A DNA stretch of 64,000 nt, from the NCBI GenBank assembly GCA_016721725.1, contig JADKHN010000001.1:651617-715616 (forward strand). Direction: 5' to 3'. The notes under the pieces are model-generated. The model was not told the origin of the DNA. It searched no databases and saw nothing but the letters and a program-made list of their open reading frames with translations. This stretch comes from Chitinophagaceae bacterium (GTDB taxonomy: Bacteria; Bacteroidota; Bacteroidia; Chitinophagales; Chitinophagaceae). Both the position numbers and the translations under genes were made by a program. How positions within the stretch are numbered: the stretch's first letter is position 1; the number at the start of each line of letters is the position of its first letter. Shown here in pieces: positions 46,552-55,426 of the stretch.

Positions 46552-47742
46552 CTATCCGGCCGGCGCCGTTTTCTTTGAAAACAATTTCAACAACACGTAG
46601 GCGATCAATCCAAAGACCACTCCGGCCGCAACAGCCAGGGTGATGCTGCCGAAAATATATTGCTGCAGGTTATGTTGTATCGTTTCGAAGGTGATGGACC
46701 GGTCGAAATGCAGGTCCTGCGCCCCTGACCCCATCCAGAAGGCTCCGGCCTTATGGCTGAGGAACAGGATCAGCGGGATCATGGGCGGGATACTGATATT
46801 GGCCGCGATGATCACCAGCGGTTTGTTGAGCTTCAGAAGAACCGCTAAAAATATGGCGGTGACCAGTTGAAATCCCCAGATGGGCACGATTCCCATGAAT
46901 ACACCCAGTCCGATCGACAGGGCTTTCACCTGGGCCGAATGATGGGGGTTGAACAGGTGATCGTTCATCATCTGGCGGAATTTATCCCGGTTGAAAAGCG
47001 TACGGATGAAATTACGGGGCTTGATGTACAGGAATGCGATCAATACCAGCAGGGTGTTGAGGATACTGATCCGGATGAAATCACGGGTTGGCCTGAAATG
47101 AGAGACCCTTTTTTCCTTGGGCGCATAATAGACCGTGATGGGAACCGAGGTTACCGGTACATCTTTCCAGGCGGCCCTGACCAGCACTTCGATCTCAAAT
47201 TCATACTTGCGGGTGAAGAAGCGCATCTTCTGTAAGGGTAACAGGGGATAGAGCCTGAACCCGGATTGGGTGTCCGGGCAATGGATCCCGGTTTCCACCC
47301 TGAACCAGAAATTGGAGAACTTATATCCGAAGCTGCTCTTACCGGGAACCGATGATTGGTTCATATTCCGGGATCCGATGATCAGCGAGCCGGGTTCCGC
47401 GCTTAACTTATCCAGGAAGGCGGGAAGGTCCTTGGCGAAATGCTGCCCGTCAGAATCAATAGTGATCGCATAGTGGTAGCCTTTCTCAATTGCATAGGCA
47501 AAGGCCTTGCGGAGCGCCCAACCCTTACCCACGTTCTTTTCATAGCTGATCAGTTGAATACCCGGGAAATCTTTCATTATCCCGGCGGTTTGGTCCGTGG
47601 AACCGTCGTTCACCACGATGATCCGATCGGTATAAGACAGTACATCCCGGATCACCGTGGCCAGGGTGGCCGCATTATTATAAGTTGGGATGATCACACA
47701 GGCCCGGAAGGCTTCCATATTCTCAGCAAATGATCCCGGCAT
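46552..47742 (-). CDS. Family 2 glycosyltransferase fused to a DUF2062-like membrane domain
   Basis: GT2 motifs VIIPTYNNAATL and DSDGQH. The C-terminal half has about four TM segments. Confidence 0.75.
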   Translation of the reverse strand: MPGSFAENMEAFRACVIIPTYNNAATLATVIRDVLSYTDRIIVVNDGSTDQTAGIMKDFPGIQLISYEKNVGKGWALRKAFAYAIEKGYHYAITIDSDGQHFAKDLPAFLDKLSAEPGSLIIGSRNMNQSSVPGKSSFGYKFSNFWFRVETGIHCPDTQSGFRLYPLLPLQKMRFFTRKYEFEIEVLVRAAWKDVPVTSVPITVYYAPKEKRVSHFRPTRDFIRISILNTLLVLIAFLYIKPRNFIRTLFNRDKFRQMMNDHLFNPHHSAQVKALSIGLGVFMGIVPIWGFQLVTAIFLAVLLKLNKPLVIIAANISIPPMIPLILFLSHKAGAFWMGSGAQDLHFDRSITFETIQHNLQQYIFGSITLAVAAGVVFGLIAYVLLKLFSKKTAPAG

Positions 47743-47994
47743 GTATGGTTATAAATTTGACTTCGTTAGAAATGGCACAAAAGCGGCTAAAATTATAAAA
47801 TTAAAAGCAATAAGCGGGCAGCTGTTTAGCTTTTTGGCAGCGGGCAAGAAGAAGTTAAAATGGTTTAAGGACGGGGAATTTCCATCGCCCATTGATCCTG
47901 TTAATAAATCGTGGCATGATTTTGGAAATTAACCCTGATGTGCTCCGAGCACAGAATATCCGTTTCGATTTAACCACTTTAAAATCATAATATC

Positions 47995-48966
47995 ATGTCT
48001 ACTACAAACAATTTCCCGGATGCGGCCGTGCAACCACAAGCCGCCCGCAAGAGTCCCAAAAATCTCATCATCGGATGCCTGGCCGCCGTTTCCCTTGGCC
48101 TGGGAGGATTTCTCTTTTACGAAAAGAACAAGGCCGGCATGGCCCTGAAAGAAAAAGAGGACAAGATCGCTGTGGTCACGGTAGAAAAAAGCAGTCTGCA
48201 AACCAGTTTTGACGCCTCACTGGCCCGGCTGGATTCCATGTCTACCGTGAACACCGGTTTACAAAGCGAGCTGACGGACAAGAACCAGGAGATCGCCCGG
48301 GTAAAATCCGAGATCCGCACGATCCTCAATAAGAAGAATGCTACGGCCGCTGAGCTGTCAAAAGCGAAAGAACTCATCGCTTCCCTGAATAACAAGATCA
48401 CGGGATTGGAGGCGGATATCGCCCGGCTGACCGGTGAGAACCAGGTCCTGGCGAATGATAAGATGGTATTGACCCAGGAAAAGGAAAAGCTGAACCAGGA
48501 TCTGGAAAAGACCTCGACCGCCAAGAAAGAACTGGAAAAGAAGGTCGACATCGCCTCTACGCTCAATGCTTCCAATATTGTCATCACTCCCATCAATGTA
48601 AAAAATGGCGGAAAGGAAAAAGTGAACAATACGGCCAAGCGGGTGGATAAGCTGGTGATCCGGTTCGATGTGAACAACCGCATCGCCGAACCGGGTAATA
48701 CGGATGTCTATGTACTGGTGATCGGCCCGGACGGAAAACCGATGACCACCGGAACCGAAACCTTTGTCACCCGTGAGGACGGTGAAAAGACCTATACGGC
48801 CAAAATGCCCGTAGCGATCGAAACCGCCACAAAGAAGAACCTGGAATTCGCTTTTGCCCCCGGAACATCCTTCCAGGAAGGCAGTTACCGGGTATTGATC
48901 TATCAGAACGGTTTCCTGATCGGAGAAGGCGTTCAGGAACTCAAAAAAGGCGGACTATTTAGTTGA
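47995..48966 (+). CDS. Membrane-anchored coiled-coil protein, unknown function
   Basis: One TM segment (LIIGCLAAVSLGLGGFLF), about 130 aa of heptad-like sequence, then a beta-rich C-terminal domain. Confidence 0.6.
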   Translation: MSTTNNFPDAAVQPQAARKSPKNLIIGCLAAVSLGLGGFLFYEKNKAGMALKEKEDKIAVVTVEKSSLQTSFDASLARLDSMSTVNTGLQSELTDKNQEIARVKSEIRTILNKKNATAAELSKAKELIASLNNKITGLEADIARLTGENQVLANDKMVLTQEKEKLNQDLEKTSTAKKELEKKVDIASTLNASNIVITPINVKNGGKEKVNNTAKRVDKLVIRFDVNNRIAEPGNTDVYVLVIGPDGKPMTTGTETFVTREDGEKTYTAKMPVAIETATKKNLEFAFAPGTSFQEGSYRVLIYQNGFLIGEGVQELKKGGLFS

Positions 48967-48988
48967 TAATCTGCACATTATAAACATT

Positions 48989-49022
48989 AAGGCCGCAAAG
49001 AACTTCATTTCTTTGTGGCCTT
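48989..49022 (+). terminator. Hairpin terminator candidate after 47995..48966
   Basis: AAGGCCGCAAAG (48989-49000) pairs with CTTTGTGGCCTT (49011-49022), with one G-T pair. The motif also belongs to the GGCCACAAAG repeat family. Confidence 0.45.
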
Positions 49023-49493
49023 TGTGCTTGACCTGTTCTGTAGCCCCTGTGGCAAAAGATCTTTCCCCATTCCCGTTCGGTATTCAAAAAAGCCGGTTCG
49101 GAGGTAAAATTGCCCTTTTGGTGGCCTTTTAGTTTTTAACCCCCATTTCCCGATGTATGTTTACATCAGAAACCAATTATCCAATATCCTGAAAGAAAGT
49201 CCAAATCCAAATCCTTAAGAAAACCGGTGGTTAAATATCCAAATCCTTAGAAAAAACCAATTACCACTGAACAAAAAAAGCTTCAATGCCTCCGTTAAAA
49301 CGGGGGCATTCGGTTTTAAAGCCCCCTCCATCGCGATAGCTATCGGGATAGAGGGGCTTTTTAATGGCTATTAACATTTCAATCACCATAATTTATTAAA
49401 CAGGTTTTTGATGTGTGTTCAGTCGCGGCTAACTTTGCGGCCGCCATCAGCGAAATAGTTCAGGCTGGTGTTTTTTCAATCTAAAACCCATTT

Positions 49494-50093
49494 ATGAAAA
49501 AGACGATCTTATCTGTATTCCTGTTCTGTTTTTTATGCCCCGCTTTCAGCCAGAGCTTCATGCATGGCGCGGGTATCACGGTACTCGGCAGCAGCACCGG
49601 TGGCAATTTTTCCTATGGCGAGGGTTTAACCTATTCCCCCCGGTTCAATTTCGTTGAGAATGAAAAGCTTTCAGTGTCGGTGGGTATTCCACTCAGCCTG
49701 GCCATTTCAGTGAGTACCTCCACCGTGTATGATTCTTACTTTAACGATTATACCGATAATGTGTCTGTTGGATTTGTCATAAACGCCCCCCTGATCGTCA
49801 ACCTGAACATGGGCCGCGGCTCAACCAAAGAGAACAGGCAAAAATTCGGATACTTTGTCGGTGCGGGCTTCGGTTATCATCATGGCGATTTTTTGGTGGA
49901 TGAAACGGATGCCCAGGGTTATAACTATGTCGGTTCCAGGAGCCTGAACACCTTTGGTCCGGCAGCCAATGCCGGGGTTCGTTTTGGCGTGGGTCGCAAA
50001 TACCGCAATATCGAAGTGCGTCTTTCCTACATGAAAGGATTGAATGACACCAAACCGAATGTTTTCGGTATTTCGGGTTTATTCAATTTTTAA
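49494..50093 (+). CDS. Small outer-membrane beta-barrel family protein
   Basis: Signal peptide, alternating Gly/aromatic-rich beta-strand pattern, and a C-terminal GLFNF ending in Phe. Confidence 0.6.
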   Translation: MKKTILSVFLFCFLCPAFSQSFMHGAGITVLGSSTGGNFSYGEGLTYSPRFNFVENEKLSVSVGIPLSLAISVSTSTVYDSYFNDYTDNVSVGFVINAPLIVNLNMGRGSTKENRQKFGYFVGAGFGYHHGDFLVDETDAQGYNYVGSRSLNTFGPAANAGVRFGVGRKYRNIEVRLSYMKGLNDTKPNVFGISGLFNF

Positions 50094-50293
50094 GAAGGGG
50101 TCAAGCAGCTTCTATGATTCTCCCTGGTATGTCAGATTCAGTGAGGGATTACTTCGTGTTTTAGCGGGATAAAAAAATACGACAGCATCGCAAGATCAAT
50201 TCATCTTCGCCAGGAAGACGCCTGCCCTGCAGTATTGGGGGGTGGACAAGGGACTTGTTCATAAACAGTATGCCTTAACTTCGTCCTAAAATC

Positions 50294-50923
50294 ATGCTAC
50301 AGGTCGCCCCTTATTTCGGATACCTCGCTTCCCTTTTGTTGATCATCGCCCTGTTGATGAGCAACGACCTGAAATTCCGTTGGTTCACCGCCGCCGGTAA
50401 CATCGCTTTTATCTGTTATGCCCTTTTACTGAATGCCTTCCCGGTTCTCATCACTAATTGCATCCTGTTAACCATCAATGCCGCTTACCTGGTCAGGGTA
50501 TACAGCAGGAAGGAAAAATTCGACCTGATCGAATTCACCGGGGAGGAAAAGATGGTCAGGAAATTCATGGAATTCCATCAAACCGATATCCAGGATTATT
50601 TCCCTGCTTTCAGCGAAGCGGATTTACCGGGGAATCTCAATTTCATTGTACTCCGTGACCTGGTGATCTCCAATATCTTCAGCGCCAGGATCTCACCGTC
50701 GGGTGATGCCGAAGTAGTATTGAACTATACACTGAAAAAATACCGCGACTATAAAGTGGGCAGGTATATTTTTGAAAAAGAGAACCAGATACTGCTGGAC
50801 AAAGGAGTGAAACGGATCGTGTATATGACCTCCGTTCATAAGAATCACCTGCGTTTTTTAAAGGTCATGGGATTTGAAAAACAATCCATTCACGGCAGGG
50901 ATTGTTTTGTGAAAAATATTTGA
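50294..50923 (+). CDS. Hypothetical membrane protein with a soluble C-terminal domain
   Basis: 209 aa with three N-terminal TM segments. Confidence 0.55.
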   Translation: MLQVAPYFGYLASLLLIIALLMSNDLKFRWFTAAGNIAFICYALLLNAFPVLITNCILLTINAAYLVRVYSRKEKFDLIEFTGEEKMVRKFMEFHQTDIQDYFPAFSEADLPGNLNFIVLRDLVISNIFSARISPSGDAEVVLNYTLKKYRDYKVGRYIFEKENQILLDKGVKRIVYMTSVHKNHLRFLKVMGFEKQSIHGRDCFVKNI

Positions 50924-50943
50924 GGACCTGCCTTCCCGTTCAT

Positions 50944-52008
50944 TTAAAGTTTCCTGATCTCTTCATCCAGGAAGGGGATGCACATAAAATCGACCTTCTT
51001 ATATTCCGAACGTTCATCCAGCGATGCCCGCAATTCCCGCAAAGCGGGGCGGTAATCTATCCCCGAATCCCGGAATCGCCTAACGGTCAGCAATACCCGT
51101 TCCACTTCCCAGGAAAATTGTCCGGCATAAAAATGGGAGTCATGTGAACAACGACGGATATGTTCCCGGATCAACCTGGCCTGCACCCCGATCCCCCTGC
51201 GGACCGGCTCGGCAAACAGTCCCGGTTCGTCCACGGCATGTGAAGCCAGGAAGGTGAAAACCTCCGGAGCCCAGTCGGTATCCAGCAACCGGATCAATTC
51301 CGCTTTCCATTCCGGGTTGGTCTTGAGCTTGGCCACGGCCCGGTCCTTTACCTCGGGGATCTTGTTGTAGTCGGTGAACACGAGAAGGAATACCAGGTTC
51401 TTATTCACATCAACCTCATCGATCTCCCGCATCATCCGTTTATTATTGTCATCATAATCGCTTTCCCGGCGTTTCTGCACGGCTGTGCGGTTACGATTCC
51501 GTTGGGTGACCAGGTCGGACAGGGCCGCCAGGATACCGGTCACCCCCAATACCCCATCAATGACCAGCGGCCATTGAACTACGGCAACCGGGACGGTTTG
51601 CCTGATCCCGCTGTTGAGCAGGATGGCGAAAATGAGGATCAGGGAACCGGGAACCAGGATTGGCACGAAAACAGAATAGAAACGGAGCAGGGGAGAAACA
51701 GGTCCGCTCTCATTTTTGAACAAAGCGCTCAGGGCGGTTGTGACCATGGCCGACAAAAATCCAAGGATAACCAGCAGGTATTTCATGCCCTTATTGGCGG
51801 GGATCCAGTTGAAGCCCCCTTCCCCGGCCACCATGATCAAAGCGAGGGCCATACATACCGAAAAGGCGATGTACTGGAAGATGATGCCCCAGATATAACT
51901 GACTGCCGCGTCGCCACCCCTTGGCGCTTTTTTGAAATACAAGACGGAGATCTGGGAAAACCAGATCAGGACTGAGATAAAAAGCAGGATGTTGCCGATG
52001 AGGGTCAT
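50944..52008 (-). CDS. Hypothetical integral membrane protein
   Basis: 354 aa with about six N-terminal TM segments and a charged C-terminal domain. Confidence 0.55.
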   Translation of the reverse strand: MTLIGNILLFISVLIWFSQISVLYFKKAPRGGDAAVSYIWGIIFQYIAFSVCMALALIMVAGEGGFNWIPANKGMKYLLVILGFLSAMVTTALSALFKNESGPVSPLLRFYSVFVPILVPGSLILIFAILLNSGIRQTVPVAVVQWPLVIDGVLGVTGILAALSDLVTQRNRNRTAVQKRRESDYDDNNKRMMREIDEVDVNKNLVFLLVFTDYNKIPEVKDRAVAKLKTNPEWKAELIRLLDTDWAPEVFTFLASHAVDEPGLFAEPVRRGIGVQARLIREHIRRCSHDSHFYAGQFSWEVERVLLTVRRFRDSGIDYRPALRELRASLDERSEYKKVDFMCIPFLDEEIRKL

Positions 52009-52155
52009 GTATTATACTTAGAAAACAAATCTCAAAAGACAAAAGTGCAATAAACCCGCTTAGAAAAAAAACAATTCGCCCATTACCGTTCATGATCGCC
52101 TGAATGGTCTTCGTTGCTGCTGACAATATGATTAACTTTAGGAAATACATGCACC

Positions 52156-52722
52156 GTGATGGATCAGCTGTTTCAATATTTCAACAAGTTCAACCCGCTG
52201 GATCAAGAGGCCATGCAGGCGATCGAAGCCATCAGCCGGATCATTACGATAAAAAAGAACCAGGACCTGCAACCGATCGGCCATACCTGCAAGACCATCT
52301 ATTTCATTAAAAAGGGCATGGCCCGCATTTATTATTACAAGGATGGCATCGACATAACGGACAGCTTTGCTTTTGAGAACAAGATCATCGTTCGGGTGGA
52401 AAGCCTGTTCACCGGGAAACCCAGCCGGAAAGCCATCCAGGCCATGGAAGATTCGGAGATCATTGCCATCGACGCCGCCAAATTGTTCAAATTATATGAT
52501 CGTTACCCGGGGATAGAACGCTTATTCCGGAAAATATTTGAAGCCAGCCATGTGGAAACGGTGAACCGGATCGAAGGGATCCAGTTTCATTCTGCCGAAG
52601 AGCGATATAAGGCGCTGCTCAGCGAAGCGCCCGACATCATAAAACGTGTTCCTCTCAAATACATCGCATCCTACCTCGGCATCACTCCCGTAAGCCTAAG
52701 CCGCATCCGCGGGCAACGCTGA
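52156..52722 (+). CDS. Crp/Fnr-family transcriptional regulator
   Basis: cNMP-binding-like beta-roll and a C-terminal HTH (IASYLGITPVSLSRIR). Confidence 0.8.
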   Translation: MMDQLFQYFNKFNPLDQEAMQAIEAISRIITIKKNQDLQPIGHTCKTIYFIKKGMARIYYYKDGIDITDSFAFENKIIVRVESLFTGKPSRKAIQAMEDSEIIAIDAAKLFKLYDRYPGIERLFRKIFEASHVETVNRIEGIQFHSAEERYKALLSEAPDIIKRVPLKYIASYLGITPVSLSRIRGQR

Positions 52723-52787
52723 TTATTTATCTTATGATAAGAGAATAGCCATTTTCAAAATTCACCTTTGGGAACTAAAGTTCAATC

Positions 52788-54098
52788 ATGGGTGTCGTAA
52801 GGAAAATGCATGTTCAACTGGGCCTGAAAGCGAACTGGAAACAGTTCACTTTACTGGTGATCATCAATGCCTTTGTTGGTGGCATGGTGGGACTGGAACG
52901 GAGTATCCTGCCCCGGATCGCGGATGCTGAATTTCACATCGCGGCTAAAACAGCGATCCTTTCCTTCATCATTGTATTCGGTATTATAAAAGCCATCACC
53001 AATTATTACACCGGGGTACTGGCGAATAAATTCGGCAGGAGGAATTTACTCCTGGCCGGGTGGATCATCGCCCTGCCCATTCCCTTCCTGTTGATGTGGG
53101 CGCCATCCTGGGGCTGGATCATCGCGGCCAATGTACTCCTGGGCATCAACCAGGGGCTCACCTGGTCCAGTACCGTGGTGATGAAGATCGACCTCGTGGG
53201 TGAGAAGGAACGGGGCTTTGCGATGGGACTGAATGAATTCGCCGGTTACCTGGCGGTGGCGCTGGTCGCCTTTCTGACCGGTTGGATCGCCAGTGAATAC
53301 GGGATCAGGCCCTATCCCTTTTATGTGGGGATCGTACTGGTGGCCCTGGGGTTACTGGGCAGTTTGTTTTTTATCCGGGACACCAAGCACCATGTGGCGT
53401 TGGAAACAGTCACCAATAACATACCCAGGCTAAAGCATATCTTTTGGGAAACAACCTGGAAGAACAGGAACCTGGGATCCGTGACCCAGGCCGGTTTGAT
53501 CAATAACCTGAACGATGGCATGGTATGGGGCATCTTACCCATCCTGTTGGCGACGAAGGGTTTTAGCCTCGGGGAGATCGGATTGATTACGGCCATCTAT
53601 CCGGCCGTTTGGGGCATCGGACAATTAATCACCGGCCGTATGTCGGATATCTTTTGTAAGAAAGACATGATGTTCACCGGCATGGTGTTGCAAGCCATCG
53701 CGCTCATCGCCCTGATCTGGGCGAACAGCCTGTTGGTTTTTATTTTGATCTCCGCATTGCTGGGATGGGGAACAGCCATGGTCTATCCTACCTTCCTGGC
53801 CACGGTTGCGGAAAATACCCATCCGCTGGACCGCGCGAAAAGCATTGGCATATTCAGGTTGTGGAGAGACCTGGGATACGCGATCGGGGCCCTGCTCACC
53901 GGCCTGATCGCCGACCTGGTCAATGTGCAGGCGGCCATCCTTTTCATCGGGGTGCTTACGTTTATCTCCGCAGGGATCATCCGTTACAGGATGCATTGTA
54001 AGACAAAGGATCTGGTCAACCCGGGTGACCGGAAAAAAATTGACCCCGGACCTGTATCGGGTCCATTCCGTGAAAACTACCTGTTCACTACAAAATAA
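52788..54098 (+). CDS. MFS transporter
   Basis: 12 TM segments, with an MFS loop motif near GVLANKFGRRNLLL. Confidence 0.85.
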   Translation: MGVVRKMHVQLGLKANWKQFTLLVIINAFVGGMVGLERSILPRIADAEFHIAAKTAILSFIIVFGIIKAITNYYTGVLANKFGRRNLLLAGWIIALPIPFLLMWAPSWGWIIAANVLLGINQGLTWSSTVVMKIDLVGEKERGFAMGLNEFAGYLAVALVAFLTGWIASEYGIRPYPFYVGIVLVALGLLGSLFFIRDTKHHVALETVTNNIPRLKHIFWETTWKNRNLGSVTQAGLINNLNDGMVWGILPILLATKGFSLGEIGLITAIYPAVWGIGQLITGRMSDIFCKKDMMFTGMVLQAIALIALIWANSLLVFILISALLGWGTAMVYPTFLATVAENTHPLDRAKSIGIFRLWRDLGYAIGALLTGLIADLVNVQAAILFIGVLTFISAGIIRYRMHCKTKDLVNPGDRKKIDPGPVSGPFRENYLFTTK

Positions 54099-54498
54099 AA
54101 GGGATCCGTTCCAAAAATCCGGAGCCCTGCCTGAGAGAGGCTGCCCCGTCATTTCACCAGCACCCCGTATCTCCAGGCATCGAGGGTAACCGAATCATCT
54201 CCTTTCAAGGTGGAGGTCTATGTCTGCTGGTCAGAAATAGCGTGGTGTTTTTTTGTGGATATATACATTTTGATTCGTCAGAGACGAATGACCAAACCAT
54301 CCCTGTCTGCCGAACTGGCTCCGTCATAGCGGCTACGCAAAGGCCGACAGGCAGGCTTCCCTCAATTCTTCGCGACAGGCTTCGGTACGAGAACGAGCAT
54401 GCCCTTTGTGGTAATCATGTAAGCAATAGGAGAACTTGTGTAACAAATAAGGGGTTGTACTGGTAGACCTTTGATCTTCATAAATCAAATCAACTACC

Positions 54499-54933
54499 AT
54501 GAAAAAGCTATTATTCATATCCACATTACTGTTTTCCTTTTTCGCCTTGTTCTCTTCCTGTTCGAAATCGGATCCGGGTGTGATCAACCCTACCAACACC
54601 AGCGCCATCCTGGTGCAAAGTAACTGGAGGATAACCTATTACAGCGATAACGGCACTGAAGGCACCTCAGATTTTAACGGATTCAAATTCACGTTCTCTG
54701 CCAATGGAACCGTCTCGGCAGCCAATGATATTTTGGCGATCCCCGGAAACTGGAGTTCATATTCGGATGATAGCCGGAATAACCTGTTGTTGAATTTCAG
54801 CAATATCCTTCCCGTGATCGCCACATTGAATCACGACTGGCATATCATTGAAAAAACGACCATTAAAATTCGCCTGGAAGATGTGAGTGGCGGAGGTGGC
54901 GGGACTGACTACCTTACCCTGGAAAGGAATTAA
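54499..54933 (+). CDS. Hypothetical lipoprotein
   Basis: Lipobox-like LFSSCSKSD after a signal peptide. Confidence 0.6.
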   Translation: MKKLLFISTLLFSFFALFSSCSKSDPGVINPTNTSAILVQSNWRITYYSDNGTEGTSDFNGFKFTFSANGTVSAANDILAIPGNWSSYSDDSRNNLLLNFSNILPVIATLNHDWHIIEKTTIKIRLEDVSGGGGGTDYLTLERN

Positions 54934-54976
54934 CCGGTTCCTGTTAAACTCTATGACTCAAGCCTGCTTCGGGAGT

Positions 54977-55324
54977 TTATTGTTTGGGTTGGGGCAGTAA
55001 TTCAAAATACGAGACCACGAATTTATCCCCCACCACATTCCCCTGCACTTTGGCTTTCCTTATCGCATTACAAAAACCATCCTTGCCATGGGCGTCTCCA
55101 TGATCATCGATTTCCGTGCCTTCCACCAGGTAGGGCTTGCCTTCGAATCTTACCGCAAGCGGGCAACCCTTGGCTTTCATTTTGAACTGGCAGGTACCAC
55201 AGGAGGCTTCCAGTTCATAAACAGCTTTGGTTGGATCAAGAACCATTCTCTTTTTAGTGTCATTCTGGGAAAAAGAGGACAGGCAGATCAATGATACCAG
55301 GCTGAACAAAAAGATTTTTTTCAT
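54977..55324 (-). CDS. Small secreted Cys/His-rich protein
   Basis: Start placed at MKKIFLFSLVSLICLSSFSQ. Contains CGTCQFKMKAKGC and DDHGDAHGKDGFC. Confidence 0.55.
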   Translation of the reverse strand: MKKIFLFSLVSLICLSSFSQNDTKKRMVLDPTKAVYELEASCGTCQFKMKAKGCPLAVRFEGKPYLVEGTEIDDHGDAHGKDGFCNAIRKAKVQGNVVGDKFVVSYFELLPQPKQ

Positions 55325-55426
55325 GTAGTTTGTTTTTATTATTCCCATTCCATTAAAATTAATCAAAAGAAATTAAACTCCCGGGAAGCCGGCATATAAT
55401 GCATATAGTCCGTTTCCCGCCAAAGA

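Noticed and set aside
47773-47788. Sigma-54 promoter-like TGGCAC-N5 element in the intergenic region between 47742 and 47995. It drew attention because rpoN is in the window.
   Set aside because: The -12 element reads CGGCT instead of TTGCW. It also lies about 220 nt from the nearest start codon.
54150-54225. Minus-strand reading TSTLKGDDSVTLDAWRYGVLVK-stop, resembling the C-terminal strand of a glycoside hydrolase (possible gene remnant).
   Set aside because: It is only about 22 codons long before an upstream in-frame stop. That is too short to support a pseudogene call without a database search.
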